Assembly (NCBI GenBank): GCA_025594325.1
Contig: JANHCV010000007.1
Coordinates: 682,001-746,000 of the forward strand
Length of the DNA stretch: 64,000 nt
DNA from: Blastocladiella emersonii ATCC 22665
Taxonomy: Eukaryota > Fungi > Blastocladiomycota
Direction: 5' to 3'
Below are positions 45,101 through 58,596 of the stretch, in pieces. Both the position numbers and the translations under genes were made by a program. Within the stretch, counting starts at the first letter, position 1. Each line of letters begins with the position of its first letter. The notes beneath the pieces were generated by a model. It ran no database searches. It saw only the letters and a program-made list of their open reading frames with translations, and was not told where the DNA came from.

Positions 45101-47111
45101 TCACGACGCACCCACCGCGACCTCGATGGGCGGTGTCCGTGGTGAGTCGCCGCCGCTGGCCTCGGTGCTCCCGGCCGCCGCGAACGGACGGAGCACGCGC
45201 CCGAGCCACGACGTGAGGCGGCCGAGCGACGGGACGGGGGCCATCGGCGCCTGCTGCGTCTCGGTCCCTGCGCTGTGGTCCGTGCTCGTGCTGCGGAACA
45301 GGCGCGCGATCTGCTTCATCCCCGACATGGCCGACGACGTGGACCGCACAAACGCCGAGTCGCGCCGCGTGCCCATATCGGTCGCCCCCGCCCCCGCCCC
45401 CGCCCCCGCCTCCACTGCGGCCGCTTCGCCGGCCGTCGCCTCGGTAGCGGCTGAGCTGGAGGTCTGCAGACTCGCCGAGAACGGGTGCTCGAGCTCGTGG
45501 CTCGGGAACCGCCGCAGCCGGAGCTCGGCGTTGCGGCGGACCAGGCCCGACGTGCTTGTAGTGGTTGGTTTGGGCTCGGGTTTGGTGCGGCGGACCAGGC
45601 GCGCCGGCTTTGTGCCGAGATCGACCCGCACGACGCGCGACGGCGGGAGCGCGTCGAGGCGTGTGACGACGGGTTTCGACTTGGATTTGGACTTGCGGCG
45701 GCCCAGGATGGCCGATAGGGACACGGGGGAGGGCGGTGCGGGCAGGTTTGAGGTCGGGAACTCGGGGAGGCTCGAGACGCGCGGCGGTGGGCGAGCGGTC
45801 TCGGCGACGAGCTCGACAGCGTCGGAGGTGGTGGTGGTGGCGGAAACATGCTGCTGCTGCTCGACGTGTACATGATGGTGGTGCTGCTCGGTCGTGACGG
45901 CCTGCGTCTCGATCACGGTCGACTCGACTGCTTCGACGGTCGCGGCACCGGTCTCCTCGGTGATGACCGTGGTGGTAGTCGTCGTCGTGGTAGTAGTCGT
46001 CGTGGTCGTGACGACAACCTCCTCGGTGCTCACCTCGCTCGCCGCCGCCGTCGCCGTGACCGCGACCGTCTTGGCCGCCGCCGCCGCGAACCGTGCCGCG
46101 GCGGGCGGCAGATGAAGCCCGTCGACCTTGCTGGCGACGGCGCGCGTGAGCTGGACACCCGGCGCATCATCCGCCGCATCGCTCTCCGACACCGTGAACG
46201 ACGACACGGACTCGCAGCTGATGGTGCGGTGCGACGCGAGTCGGTCGCGCCAGGTGACGCGCGATAAGTTGGGCGCGGAGGCCGGGTGCGGCGGCATAAT
46301 CAGGTCGCCCGCGCCGTGCTCGGGGAGCGACACGCACGTGGCGTTAGCGTTGACGGCGTAGCCCAGCTCGAACTCGGCGTTCAGCGAGTCGACCGACTTG
46401 GCGCGCTGGCGCGAGTTGAGGCGCGTGTTCTCGCGCGTCTTGACGTCCTCGAGCGCGGCGAGGAGGAACTTGGTCGCGGTGGGCGCGAGCGACGAGGTGC
46501 GCGGCGGAGGGTCGAGGACGGCAGGGACCAGGTCGCCCGTGCCGTCGGCGTGCTTGGCCAGATCAATGGTGGCGGCGGCGTCAGGCTCGGTCGGGTCGAG
46601 CGGCTGTAGCGGCGGGGACTGCAGCGACTCGGTGTCGCTCTCGACCAGGTCCTCCTCGGTCGCCTCCGAGATGATCAGGTCCTATCGTCTCATCACGGTC
46701 AGCCGAACCGCTTCGCTCGCTCGTCGCGACGAGCGCACGTACCTGGTTGGGCTGGAACCGCTTGACCTGCTTGCCGCGCATCGGCAGTGTGGCGGGTGCG
46801 GCCTTTTCATTCCACTTGCTACCCGCCGTCGAGGCCGAAGCTGGGAGAGGCAGCGTCGCCGCAGCGACCGGTGCGAGCGCGGGGCCGAGCGATCCCGCCG
46901 ACCCAAACCCCGAGTCCGACGACACGGCGAGCTGCGCGGGAATCCCGTTGATGGCCGTAGCAACCGAGGGCGGGGACGGCAGCGGCGAGCGCGGTCCCGT
47001 GGCCGGCGAGCCGGCGAGTGCGGGACGGCTCACCTGGACGGCCTTGCGGCGTCCGGCGTAGTAGCCCTCGTACTGGCTTCGCGATTGTTTGAGCACGTCG
47101 TCGTGTCCCAT
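45101..47111 (-). CDS. hypothetical low-complexity protein with poly-Thr tract (exons 47111-46743, 46681-45101; ~649 aa)
   Basis: GTACGT...ATAG intron 46682-46742 joins two in-frame segments; no domain recognised. Confidence 0.65.
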
Positions 47112-47771
47112 CTTTCGGGTTGTTGCTTCGTAGGGGCGGCAGTGCGCGCCGTCTATATCATGGAGTGGAGTTGAACTCCTCCTTGGAGATCGCAGTCCAA
47201 GGCTTCTTCCCCATCGGTGGCGAGAGGCTGAGCGGTCCGCGTGGAGGGAGACACTGAGCGCGAAGCGCGAATACGAGCGCGCGCGAACGTGTAGCCGTGG
47301 GAGACAGATTCCATGGAACGCTGGCCCTCGACGGCGCGTGCCAAGACAAGAGCGTGCGCGAGGGCCAAGGTGGGGCCGCGGCGGCGCGGCGCGTCTCGCA
47401 CCCGAGCGAAACGCGTCTCGCGACTCGACGCGTGCGGAACGTGTGACCCCACGCGGCCGATCAAAACACTTTTTTTCGCGCGCGCGCCTTCGCGACCGCT
47501 CGCTCGCCGCGCTGCTGCCCGCCCGGCGCACCCTTGCGCTGGCCCGAATCTCGTCACTCCACACGACGTCGCACCCCGACGACCTCGCCCTTCACCACTT
47601 ACTGCACCGGCCGCCCCTCTGATCCGGGCCTGCTGCTGAGTTGGGAACCGCTCCGTCGATCCGCCGCCGCTCTTCCTCCCTTACGGCGAGCAACCACCAA
47701 CCTCCCCGCCGCTGGACCGTTTCGCGCTTCACCTGCCCCTCCACAGCGCGACTCTGCCTCCCCGACCTTTG

Positions 47772-50700
47772 ATGAGCGACTCTGCCGAGTTTGACGCGGT
47801 CGTCGCCGACCCGACCCCCGAGCTGCTTCGGCTGCTCGGCGCGTGCGGCGGCAACGCCCTCGCCGAGTGGATCTCCGAAGAGGTTGTGCCTCTGATCCAG
47901 GAGAAGGGTATGCTGAGGCTCCTCGATCCGCTGCAGCGAAAGATCACGGCTGATCATATCCTCCCCGCCGTGTGCGTGTAGACTCGCGCGTCCTGACCCC
48001 CGAGCTCGTGCGCTCGGTCCTGCCGCTCGTGCTGCACCGCTATGCCGCCCAGCCCAAGGCCGCGCGCGCCGCGCCGCTGCGCATCCTGACGGCGCTCCTC
48101 GCCGCGTCGGCGCACGACGCCAAGCTGCGCGGGTCCGTGGTCGAGGCGACCGTCAAGGTCGTCGACGCCCTCGTGCTCAAGCCGACGGCTGCGGGCAAGC
48201 TGCCGCACGCCGTGGCGCTGTCGTCGATCCTGTACGCGCAGGCGTGGGTTGCCGAGTGCATGGCCGCGCTCGGCGAGGGCGTCCCGCTGCGCCTGTTCGC
48301 CATCCACTGCACGCTGATCGGCCTCGCGCTGCACCACCCGGACTCGGCGCCCAACGTCGTCTCGCCCTCCAAGTTCCTGTACAAGACGGCCGCCGGCAAG
48401 GCGCTTGCGCCCGTGGCCGCGCCGTGGATCGTCGCCGACAAGCTCGGCGCCGACCTCGTGGTCGTGCACGGCTCGCTCGTCGAGCTCAGCCGCATGCTGC
48501 GCGCCGGCCGCATCGCGTGGTCCGACGACTGGGTCGCCTTCCTCGTCAAGCACCTCGTGACGTGCAAGTACGCCGTCCCCGCCAAGACGCTCCGCACGCT
48601 GCGCCCGCTGCTCGCCGCCATGGCGCCCGCCGAGATCCTCGCCGCCTCCGAGAAGGTGCTGCTGCGCTCGCCCGAGGTCATCCTGCCCTTCCTCGCCGAG
48701 TACCTCGCCGTGCGCGACGCCACCGAGCCGCTCGCCGTCAAGGAGTCGATCACCACCTCGCTCGCCAACCAGCTCATCTCGTCCAACGAGGCCAACGGCG
48801 CCCTCGCCCGCACCGTCTTCAAGCAGCTGTGGACCGTCGCCGACGCCGACGCGCGCGCCTCGCTCACCACCAAGGCCCTCGCCACGCTCCCGCGCTGCAC
48901 CTCGTGGCAGCTCAAGCACAACGTGTACCTCGCCCTCAAGTCCGTGCAGCTCACGCCCAAGGACATTGAGACCGCCGCCAAGAACGTCAAGGCCGAGGCC
49001 AACGACACGGTCGCCACCCTCGTCTACGAGATCCTCGCTGCGTACCACGCCGACCACATGGACACGATTCTCGGCACCTGGACCCGCGTCAACGACAAGG
49101 TCCGCAAGCAGGTCCTGCAGGTTATGTTCGACGCCGGCGCCCTCGTCCCCGCCGACAAGATCGCCACGGTGCACGACCACCTCGCCCTCGCGCACGTCCT
49201 GCGCGCTGGCACCTTTGACGCCAAGCGCGACGCCAAGAAGGTGGCCGCGCTCGTCGCCCTCAAGTCGGCCGACGCGTGCTACGTGCACTGCCTCAACCTG
49301 CTCGCGCAGGACCACCCGGGCACCCTGACGCCCGCGCAGCTCGAGAACGCGCTCGCCCTGACCCTCGCGTCGCCCCACGTCACGCTGCTGTCGCCCGCGC
49401 TCGCCGCCGACCCCGCCGTGTTCGTCGCGCTGACCAAGTACACGACCGGCATCAACCTCGCGTCACCGCCCGTGCGCAAGCACTACCTCGCCGTCCTGCA
49501 CCACCTCAAGTCTGAGGCCACGCTGCTCGACCTGCTCCTGTTCGCGCACCACCCCGTGATCCCCGAGGACAGCTGGCCCGCGCTCGCGTTTCACTGCAAG
49601 GTGCACATCGACAAGTGGCTGCCCCCGCGCGCCCCCGTCGCCCTCGAGCGCGTCCGCGCTGGTCTCTTCTCGACCATCGCCTGGGAGCGCGAGGCCGGCC
49701 TCCGCGCCGCGTCCACGCTCGTCTGGATCGACGGGTCGATCCTCCCCGAGCTCATGGGCATCGCGACCCAGCTCGTCGCCGAAACCAAGGCCAGCAAGAA
49801 GGCCGTGGCCGATGCCATCGAGGCGGCCGCTGCTGCCGCCGCGGTCCCGACGCCCAAGGGCGGCGCGGCCAAGGGCGGTCGTCCCGGCAGCGCGGCCGGC
49901 GGCAAGAAGCCCACTGCCGCGGCTGCGCCCGCGGCGCCCGCGATCCCCGCCGTCGTCGATAACACGCCGCTCGTGCTGGCGCTCATCACGGCGGCGACGA
50001 CGCACGGCTCGGCGCTCGACAACGTGATCCAGTCGATCATGGAGATCCTGCGCGAGATCGACATCAACGACCCGGGGCTCCCGGCGGCGTGGCGCGCCGT
50101 GTGCGGGTGCCTCGACGCGTCCGTGTCGAGCATCCACTCGACGCTCGCGTCGCTGCTCGTCACGTTCCACCACGACTCGGCCAACTCGGCGTCGCAGGAC
50201 GACATGATCAGCTCGGTGCTGTTCCAGGTCGCCATGAAGACGCAGACCGAGCCCGTGCACCCCGTCACCTTCGTCGTCCTGTACGAGCTCATGATCCGCG
50301 TCCTCGCCTCGGCCAAGCGCCGCTCCCGCACCACCGACAAGGTCGTCCTCAACCGCGTGCTCGACCACGTCGCGTTCATGGTCGACATCATGGCCCAGAA
50401 CGCCGCGCTCGCCTTCTCGCCGATTCTCCCCGTCGAGGCCCTCATGCGCGACCAGCTCGAGCTGCTGCGCACGTGGCGCAAGCAGGCTGGCAAGTCGCAC
50501 GAGGCTCTCGTCACGCTGTGCCACGCCAGCCCCGTCGGGACCCCCGGCATGCTCCAGATCCTCCTCGACGGGTGCGCCAACGCCGGCCAGGACCACGTCG
50601 TCGCGGCGTGCCTCGAGGCGTGCCTGTACGTCAAGACCGAGTTCCCGACGTCGGCCCGCGTCCTCGTCCACGCGCTCGGCGCCCACCCCATGTACACGGA

Positions 50701-53700
50701 GCTCGCCAAGCAGGTCATCGAGAAGCACCAGCTGACGGTCGACCTCGAGGTCGCCGACGAGCTCGTCCTCCTTGCCGAGAACGCGCCGCTCGCCAGTTGC
50801 GCGGCCTCGTTCCTCGGCAAGCTGCTCGCGCGCGACGCGGAGGCGAGCCGCGCCAAGGCCGACGCCCTGCACACGCTCATCACCAAGCGGTTCAAGGCGG
50901 CCATGGTGATCCCCGTGCTCAAGGACGAGTTCGGCATGACCATCAAGGTCGAGAAGGACACGATCACGCCGCGCCTCGGCCTCGTCGAGTGCCTCGCGGT
51001 CCTCGCGCCGTACCTCAACGGCACCTCGGCCCCGCTCAAGCAGTGGGTCCCGCTCCTCGACGACGCGTCGTCGGACGTCCGCGGCCTCCTCCAGCAGGCC
51101 CTGCGCGCCTACATCCACGCCCACAGCAACAAGGAGTTCATTGCTGTGCTGCAGGGCTTCGCCAAGCACAAGAACGACGACGTGCGCGAGTCGGTGGTCG
51201 TCCTCACGGGCGCGTGCGCCACGCACCTCGGCGCCAAGGACCCGCAGCTCAAGGAGATTGTGACGATCCTGATCGCCGCGCTGCGCACGCCCTCCGAGAC
51301 GGTCCAGACCGCCGTCGCCCAGTGCCTCGGCGAGCTCCCCGTCGACGCCAAGACGCTCCTGCCCGGTCTCGTCAACACGCTCTTCACCGAGGAGAGCTAC
51401 GCGGTCCAGCGCGGTGCCGCGTACGGTGCCGCGGGCCTGCTCGCGTCGCACCCGGCACTCTTTGTCGAGTTCAAGCTCATGGAGGCGATCCGCAAGAACC
51501 TCGACGCCAAGGAGCTGCGCGCGCGCCAGGGCGCGCTCCTCCTCCTCGAGTGCTGCACCATCTCCATGGGCCGCCAGTTCGAGCCGTGGCTCATCCTCGC
51601 CACCCCCAACCTGCTCGCGCTCTTCGCCGACACCAACGCGGCGGTGCGCCAGGCCACCGTCGACACAGCGCGCGTCATGATGAAGCACATTTCGTCCCAC
51701 GCCGTCAAGCTGCTGATGCCCACGCTCATGGAGGGTCTCCGGTCGGACGCGTGGCGGACCAAGAAGGCGAGTATCGAGCTGCTGTCGTCCATGGCGTTCT
51801 GCGCCGCCGACAAGCTCTCGGGCACGCTCCCGACGCTCGTCCCCGCCATGCTCGAGGCCATGTCCGACTCGCACCTGCAGGTCAGCAAGGCGGCGCGCGA
51901 GGCCATCAACACGTTCGCGTCCGTCATCAACACGCCCGAGATCGAGGTCATGGTCCCGATGCTCCTCGACGCCATCATTCACGGCGAGGCCAAGACGCTC
52001 CCCGCGCTCCAGGCCCTCAGCTTCACCACGTTCGAGCACTACCTCGACCCGCCGTCGCTCGCGCTCGTCGCGCCCGTCGTCCTGCAGGGTCTCACCAGCC
52101 GCTCCGCCGACATGAAGTCGACGGCGGCCAAGATTCTCGGCAACCTGACGTCGCTCACCATGCTGCGCGACCTCATGTACTACATCCCGAACCTGATGCC
52201 GGCACTCCTGCTCGTCGTCGCCGACGCGGTCCCCAAGACCCGCGCCATGGCGTCGCGCACGCTCGGTATCCTGGTCCGCAACGTCGGCCAGTCGACGTTC
52301 CCGAGTCTCGTGCCCGACCTGTTCCGCGTCCTCGACAACCCGGCGGCCTCGGCCGTCGAGAAGTCGGGTGCCGCGCAGGGTCTGTCCGAGGTGCTCGCCG
52401 CGCTCGGCAAGGAGTCGCTCGACGCGTGGATGCCCACGATCCTCGAGGGCCTCAACTCGAGCAAGCGTGACGGGTACCTGGTGCTCCTCGTCTACCTCCC
52501 CGCGACCTACGGCGCCACCTACACCGAGTACATTTCCTCAACGCTGCCGCCCATCCTCGACGGTCTCGCCGACGAGGCCGAGATGGTCCGCGACTCGGCC
52601 CTCCGCGCCGCCCAGATCCTCATCGACCTGTTCAACGCCAAGGCCATCGACCTGCTCCTCCCCGAGCTCATCAAGGGCGTCTACAACCCCAGCTGGCGTA
52701 TTCGCCAGTCGTCGGTCCACCTGCTCGGTACGCATACTCCCTTTTCGCGATCAGGTGCGGTCAAGGAGATGGAACTAACGGTTATTCCCAAAAACAGGCG
52801 ACATGCTCGGCCGCATCATGGGCCAGAAGGTCAAGTCGCCGGCCAAGTCGCTTGGCAACGACCTGGGCGAGGACGGTGCCGAGGACGAGGAGGACGAGGA
52901 CAGCGACAGCGACGACGACGAGCCCGTGCACCAGACGCACACGCAGCAGATCAAGAAGCTGCAGGACGCGCTCGGCATGGACATGTACCAGCGCACGCTC
53001 GCGTCGCTGTACGTGCTGCGCGCCGACGCGTCGGGCGTCGTCCGCCACACGGCGTCGCACGTCTGGCGCATGCTCGTGTCCAACACGCCGCGCCAGCTCA
53101 AGGACATCCTGCCCGTGCTGCTCGAGATCATCCTCGAGTACCTGGCGCGCGAGCCGCCCGCGCTCAAGGGCGCCGACGGCGACGACGAGGACGACGACGA
53201 GCTGGTCGAGGTCGACGAGCTCGAGGAGATCGTGCAGACTATCGCCAACACGCTGGTCGATATTGTGCAGAAGCTCGGCGACAGCATCGTCACGATGCTC
53301 ATGCCGCTGCTCGTGCGCAACCTCGAGGAGTCGCCGCGCGGCGTGTGCATGGCGCTGATCCACGTTATGAAGGCCGCGGGCCGCCACCACATGAGCGACC
53401 ACCGTGCGTCCGCCGTCCAGGTGATCGCCTTCGCGCTCAAGCACCCGTCCGAGGAGGTGCGCGAGGCCGGCGCCGCCGCCTTCGACGAGCTCCTGCAGCA
53501 GGCCGGCAACGCGAGTATCGACGCGGTCCTCATGCCCATGCTCAAGGACCTGCCCGACAGCCTCAGCGGCCTGCAGCACGTCATGTCCGTGCGCGGCCAC
53601 GTTGTGCTCCCCGTGCTCCTGCCGTCGCTGCTCGCCAAGGTCGATGAGGCCTCGTGCAGCGCCCTCGCGTCGCTGCTCTCGGTCGCCTCGCTCGGCCGCA

Positions 53701-54713
53701 AGACGGCCAGCGTGCTCGCGTCGCTGCTCGACCAGTACAACAGCCACGTCGTGCCCGCGATCCGCGCGCTCCTGTCGCACGACCTCGACGAGGATGACCT
53801 CGACGACCTCAGCGAAGTGCTCGACGAGCACCGCGAGGGCGAGGGTATGGCCGGCGTCGCCACCGCGATCGCCGCGCTCGCCCCGCACGCGACGCAGTGG
53901 TACAAGCAGCAGTGGCTCGGCTGGCTCATCGCTGAGCTCGCGACCGAGGACGCGGCCCTCGTGCCCCTCGTGTACGAGGCTATGGACGCGGTCGTCAAGA
54001 GCATCCCCAAGGACGAGCTCGAGGGCTACGTCGCGACCGTCGCCATCGGCCTGTCCAAGCACTTCAGCGCGGCCAAGACGGCGGCCGGCGGCGTGTCCAA
54101 CGAGGTGCCGCCGCTCGCCGTGTTCGCGCAGCACCCGCGCGGCCCCGCGCCGCCGCTCGCCATCGTCCTGCACACGCTCATGTACGGCGCGCACAAGGAG
54201 CAGGCGGTCCGCGCCCTGATCCTGATCATCGCGCAGACGCCGGGCGCCAACCTGCGCGCGCACGTCACGGCCATGACGGGCCCGCTCATCCGCATCCTCG
54301 GCGACCGCGTCACGGGCGTCGTCAAGGCGCTCATCCTCGAGGCCGTCACGCTGCTCCTCACGCGCGTCGCCCTCATGCTCAAGCCGTTCATCCCGCAGCT
54401 CTCGCGCACGCTCGTCAAGCAGCTCGACAGCGACGAGGCCAAGGTGCTCGCCAAGGCCCAGGAGGCCCTCACGGTCCTGCTCGGCCTGCACCCGCGCCCC
54501 GACACGCTCCTCGCCGAGCTCGCCGCGCTCGTCTCGGCCGACCGCGACGCCGCCGCCGTCAACGCGATCGGTAACGTCCTCGTCGTCGGTGCCCAGTACG
54601 CCAAGGACGCGGCACCGCTCCGCGCCGCCGTCGACGCGCTCAAGGCTGCCGGCGCCCCCGTCCCCGCCCGCGAGCTCGCCAACGCGGTCGCGGCCAAGTT
54701 CCCCGCCGCCTAA
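47772..54713 (+). CDS. GCN1: GCN1 translational activator (HEAT repeats); introns near 47908-47981 and 52728-52798
   Basis: TPSETVQTAVAQCL, YAVQRGAAYGAAGL, RQGALLLLEC, WRTKKASIELL, VEKSGAAQGLSEVL, GLADEAEMVRDSALRA, SWRIRQSSVHLLGDML, GPLIRILGDR, LKPFIPQL. Confidence 0.96.
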
Positions 54714-54798
54714 GGCGACTCCTCCTCCCTCCCTAGTCAGTTTTCTTTTGCCCAAAATTCTTCCGATACACATTTTGCATCATCTTTGACCATCCTCG

Positions 54799-57700
54799 TC
54801 ACTTTGAACTGGACGGCGGCATTCGGTCGAGCTCCGGCCGGATCGTTGTGGACCGCCAGAACCCGCGCCGCGACTTTTTCTCCTGCGTCGCGGGTTGCTG
54901 CTGAACTGATGGACCCGCATCGCTCGCCCTCGCTGCTGTCGCCGCGTTACTCGGCGCCGCAGCGCGCGGCGGCGGCGGGGTATCCGCCATATCGTCGCTG
55001 ATACTGATATTGATCCCGGAGAACTTGCCGAGGTTGATCGCGTGCCCGCTGCTGTTCGCGCGGGTGAGCGTCGGCGGCCCGCCGCGGCCGCCGGGCAGGA
55101 ACAAGTCGTTGATCCCGCCGAGCAGCGACCCGGACGACAGCGACCCGCCGACGCCGCTCGACCGCGTCGTCCCACCGCCACCGCCGCTGCCGCTCGTGCC
55201 CGAGGTCGCGGTGCTCGGCCCGCCCCACGCCATGCTGCTGCTCAGGCTCCCGCCTGCGCGGAACGAGGACGACGACGGCGCGAGCGCGGGGGGCGGCGGG
55301 CCGGCCGAGGCCACGGCCAGGTTGCGCTTCGACGAGTAGCCCGGGACCGACAGGTACCGCGAACTGCCGGACCCGGCGGTCGGGAGGCCAACGTTGGACG
55401 TCGACGTGGACGCCGTGGGCCCGCCGCTGCCGTTTGAGCGGTGCCGCGTGTTGCGATTCCCACTGCCCGATCGGCCCTGAGTCCCGCTGCCGCTGCGCGA
55501 GCTCGCGTGGTGGTGGTGGGCGGCGGGCGAGGGCGGCGCGGATGGCGACGCGGACCGGTTGTAGTGCACGTCGAACGCGCTCGTGACGGATGTCGACGCG
55601 CGGCGGACGCCAAACTCGTGGTGATGGTGATGGTGGTGGCCGCGCAGGTGCGCACCCGTGCGCGGATCGTCATCGTCGTCGTCGTAATCGTCCTCCGCGG
55701 GACTGTCCTCTCCGCTGCTGTAGTGCCCGCCGCCGCCACCCCCGCCGCCGCCGTGGGGTGAGATGGCGTTGGCCGACATGTGCACGGCGCCGGCGCCCGC
55801 AGCCGAGTCGGACGGCGAGTACTGCGAGCGCATGGACATGGACCGGCCACGGTGCCGCGCGGGCGAGTCGGGGGTCTGCTGTTGCTGTTGCTGCTGCTGT
55901 TGTTGCTGCGCCGCCGCGGCCGCGGCGATACTCTGCCTCGACGCGGCGTCGAAGCTGGTGATGGACGAGACGGGCGGCCGCGGACACGCGAACCCCTGGG
56001 TGCTGACGCTGGTCGCGTCGACGTGGAACGAGGCCGACGGCGGCGGCGTGGTGGACATGCGGCCGGCGGCGGCGGCGGCCGACGAGATGGAGCCGTGGAT
56101 CGCCGGGTTGTACGTGAGCGAGTCTTCGGACGACCCGGGTGTCGTGGACAGGCTCGGGTCGGGCCGCGCGCCGCTCGACCGGCACTGCGGCGCGAGCTTG
56201 AGGTCCTTGGCGGCGTCGAGCGGCGGCGCCGAGTCGGACCACGTCAGCGACGGGGACATGATCGAGCCCGACCGCTGGCCCCAGTGGTTGCTCGTGTTGG
56301 ACATGGTGATGGACGTGTCGTTGGACGGGTACTGCTGCTGGCCGGGCACGCCGAGGTTCGCCTTGGCGCCCGCGGCCAGCGCCAGCGTCATGGCCGCGGC
56401 CTCGGACGCGAGCGACGCCGTGGTCCCCGTGCTGCTCGAGTCGCCGCTTTCGGTGCCGTTCGCCGGAAAGTAGCTACCCGGCCGTGGCGGTTCAACTCCC
56501 GCTCCCTGCCGTTGCCGCGTCGGGAGCGAGTAGTGCCGCGGGACGGTTCCGGTACTCGTCCCACCGCCAGCGGGCAGCGCGATGGATGAGGTCGTCGACT
56601 GATTGACGTTGGGCGGCGAGTAGCCCGCGCCAGCGCTCACCGCGGCGCCCGTCCGCGGCCCGGTCCCGGTGTAGTACGATCCCGAGTGGCCCGACTGCCA
56701 CGATCGCACGGACCGCGGGATGGACCCGACGCCGCCCGGGCCGGCGCCGCTGTACACGCTGCTCCCGCCGAGCGTCCCGCCGACGCCGGTGCCCGACCGG
56801 TTGAGCGACGAGTCGCGCGACGACGTGCTGTACGGGCTGCGGGTGTCGGTGCGCGGGTTCGTGCGGAGCGGGGCCTACATGAGGCGGGAAGTGGTGAGCG
56901 GGAGGGTGATTGCGGCGAGGTGAGAGATGGGTGGAGCGCACCGAGGCCATGATGGTGCCAGGCACGAGGCCGCCCACGGTATAGCTCGAGGTTCCAGATT
57001 CCTTCTACACTCGGCGGTCATCGAGGATCAGACGGGGTAGACGTTGTGTCCGTGAGCCGGAAAGCGCACCGAAGAAACTGACGACTGCGACTGCGACCCG
57101 GCCTTCTTGCCCGCGGCAGCGAGCTGCGACTCGCGCTGCGTGCCGCCCGAGAAGATGACGAGGTGCAACCTCCTGATATCTGGCGGTTCGAACCGAGATC
57201 AGTCAACCCCGCCCCATCACCACCCCCATCTCCTCAACGTACACGCGTAGATCGGGTCGGCGATAAAGTTGAGCGCGGCCAGCGCGCCGAGCCCGCCGAA
57301 CACGCTAAGCAGGATGGTCCACTCGAGCGGGACGTCGGCCGAGCTCGTCTCGAGGCCGACGAGGATCAGCACGCCGATGACGAGCGCCATGCCCGTCTTG
57401 ACGAGCGTCGTGACGTGCGGCTCGCGGTTGCCGCGCTCGGCGCGCGACGACGCGTCGGACTTGCGTTTCCGCTCGCCCGTGCGGCGCCGCGGGGCTGAGC
57501 TGCGGCCGCGGTCGGTTCCCGTGGTGGACCTTCGCGACGATGACACAGGACGGCTCGCGGAGGACGGCGAGAGCGACGCGGACGAGACGCCAGCAGCACC
57601 CGCCGCGGACGATGACGAGCCTGCGCCGCCGCCGCCCGGCGCCGCAGAGTACGAGCGCGGCGCGGACATGCTGACGCGCAGGGAGTCGCGCGGCTGCGGC

Positions 57701-57837
57701 GGCGTCTGGATGCTGATGTGCCCCGTAGACGAGCGCGATCCCGGGGCCGAGGCGGCGCGGCCGGCGCTCGCGCTCGAGAAGGACGCCGAATGGCGCTGCG
57801 GCATGCCGCCGCTGCTTGCTTGCATGGTGGAGTTCAT
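54799..57837 (-). CDS. orphan two-TM protein with very long disordered Ser/Gly-rich tail (exons 57837-57243, 57179-57070, 57004-56942, 56874-54799)
   Basis: Three GT-AG introns (63-67 nt) link the two annotated ORFs in frame; hydrophobic segments GMALVIGVLILVGL and WTILLSVFGGLGALAALNFIA; poly-Q, poly-G and poly-H tracts in the tail. Confidence 0.7.
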
Positions 57838-58596
57838 CGAGTGGGGCGGCGGTGGAAGCGGACGACGGCCATCTACCGATATACACACGCATGGGGACCG
57901 ATTCGCGCCAGGTTTAACGTGGCAGTGAAACACGAACGGACCAAGACACGCGCGCCCCCCACCGCGCGAGCGGCGCGGCGCGGCGCGTCTCGCGGAAGTC
58001 GGCGAGGGGATGGGAGACACGGCGGCGGCTCGGTCCGCTCGCGTCCCTGGCCGCCCTGCTTTTGGTGTGATCACGGCGACGGGGTCTGGCTCGGCGGGGC
58101 GAGACGGATCAGTAATGGTATATTTCTCAACAGTGTAGTGTATCCTCGAGTCTTGGCATTTGCGCGTCTCGCAGTTGAACCAGAGTCTTCCAAGTCTTGG
58201 GCTCGTCTCGCGTCGCCTGTACCTGCCGGGTGACGAGTTCAAGAAGAGGTCAAGGATAGGCTAAGCATTGCCGATGTGCGTGGTTGGGATTGAGAGACGA
58301 TTTTCCTCAACCGAAACCACGGCGCTGGTGCACATGCGCGACCTTTCGAGCTGGAGTCCGTGGCGGCCACTATCGAGGTCGGCAACGACATCGGTGGCCC
58401 GCGAGGTCCCGACGATGACCGGACTAGATCTCGGTGCATTGGACAACGTCTCACATGCAGGGGTTGCGACGCGGCGGAGACGCGTCGCGAGGCGCGTTTC
58501 GTTATCACGTGAGCCGTGTCTCGCACGGGAGACACGAGGAGACGCGGCGAAATCCAGCACGATTTAGAATTCTATAGCTTACATTAACTTCTGCGC

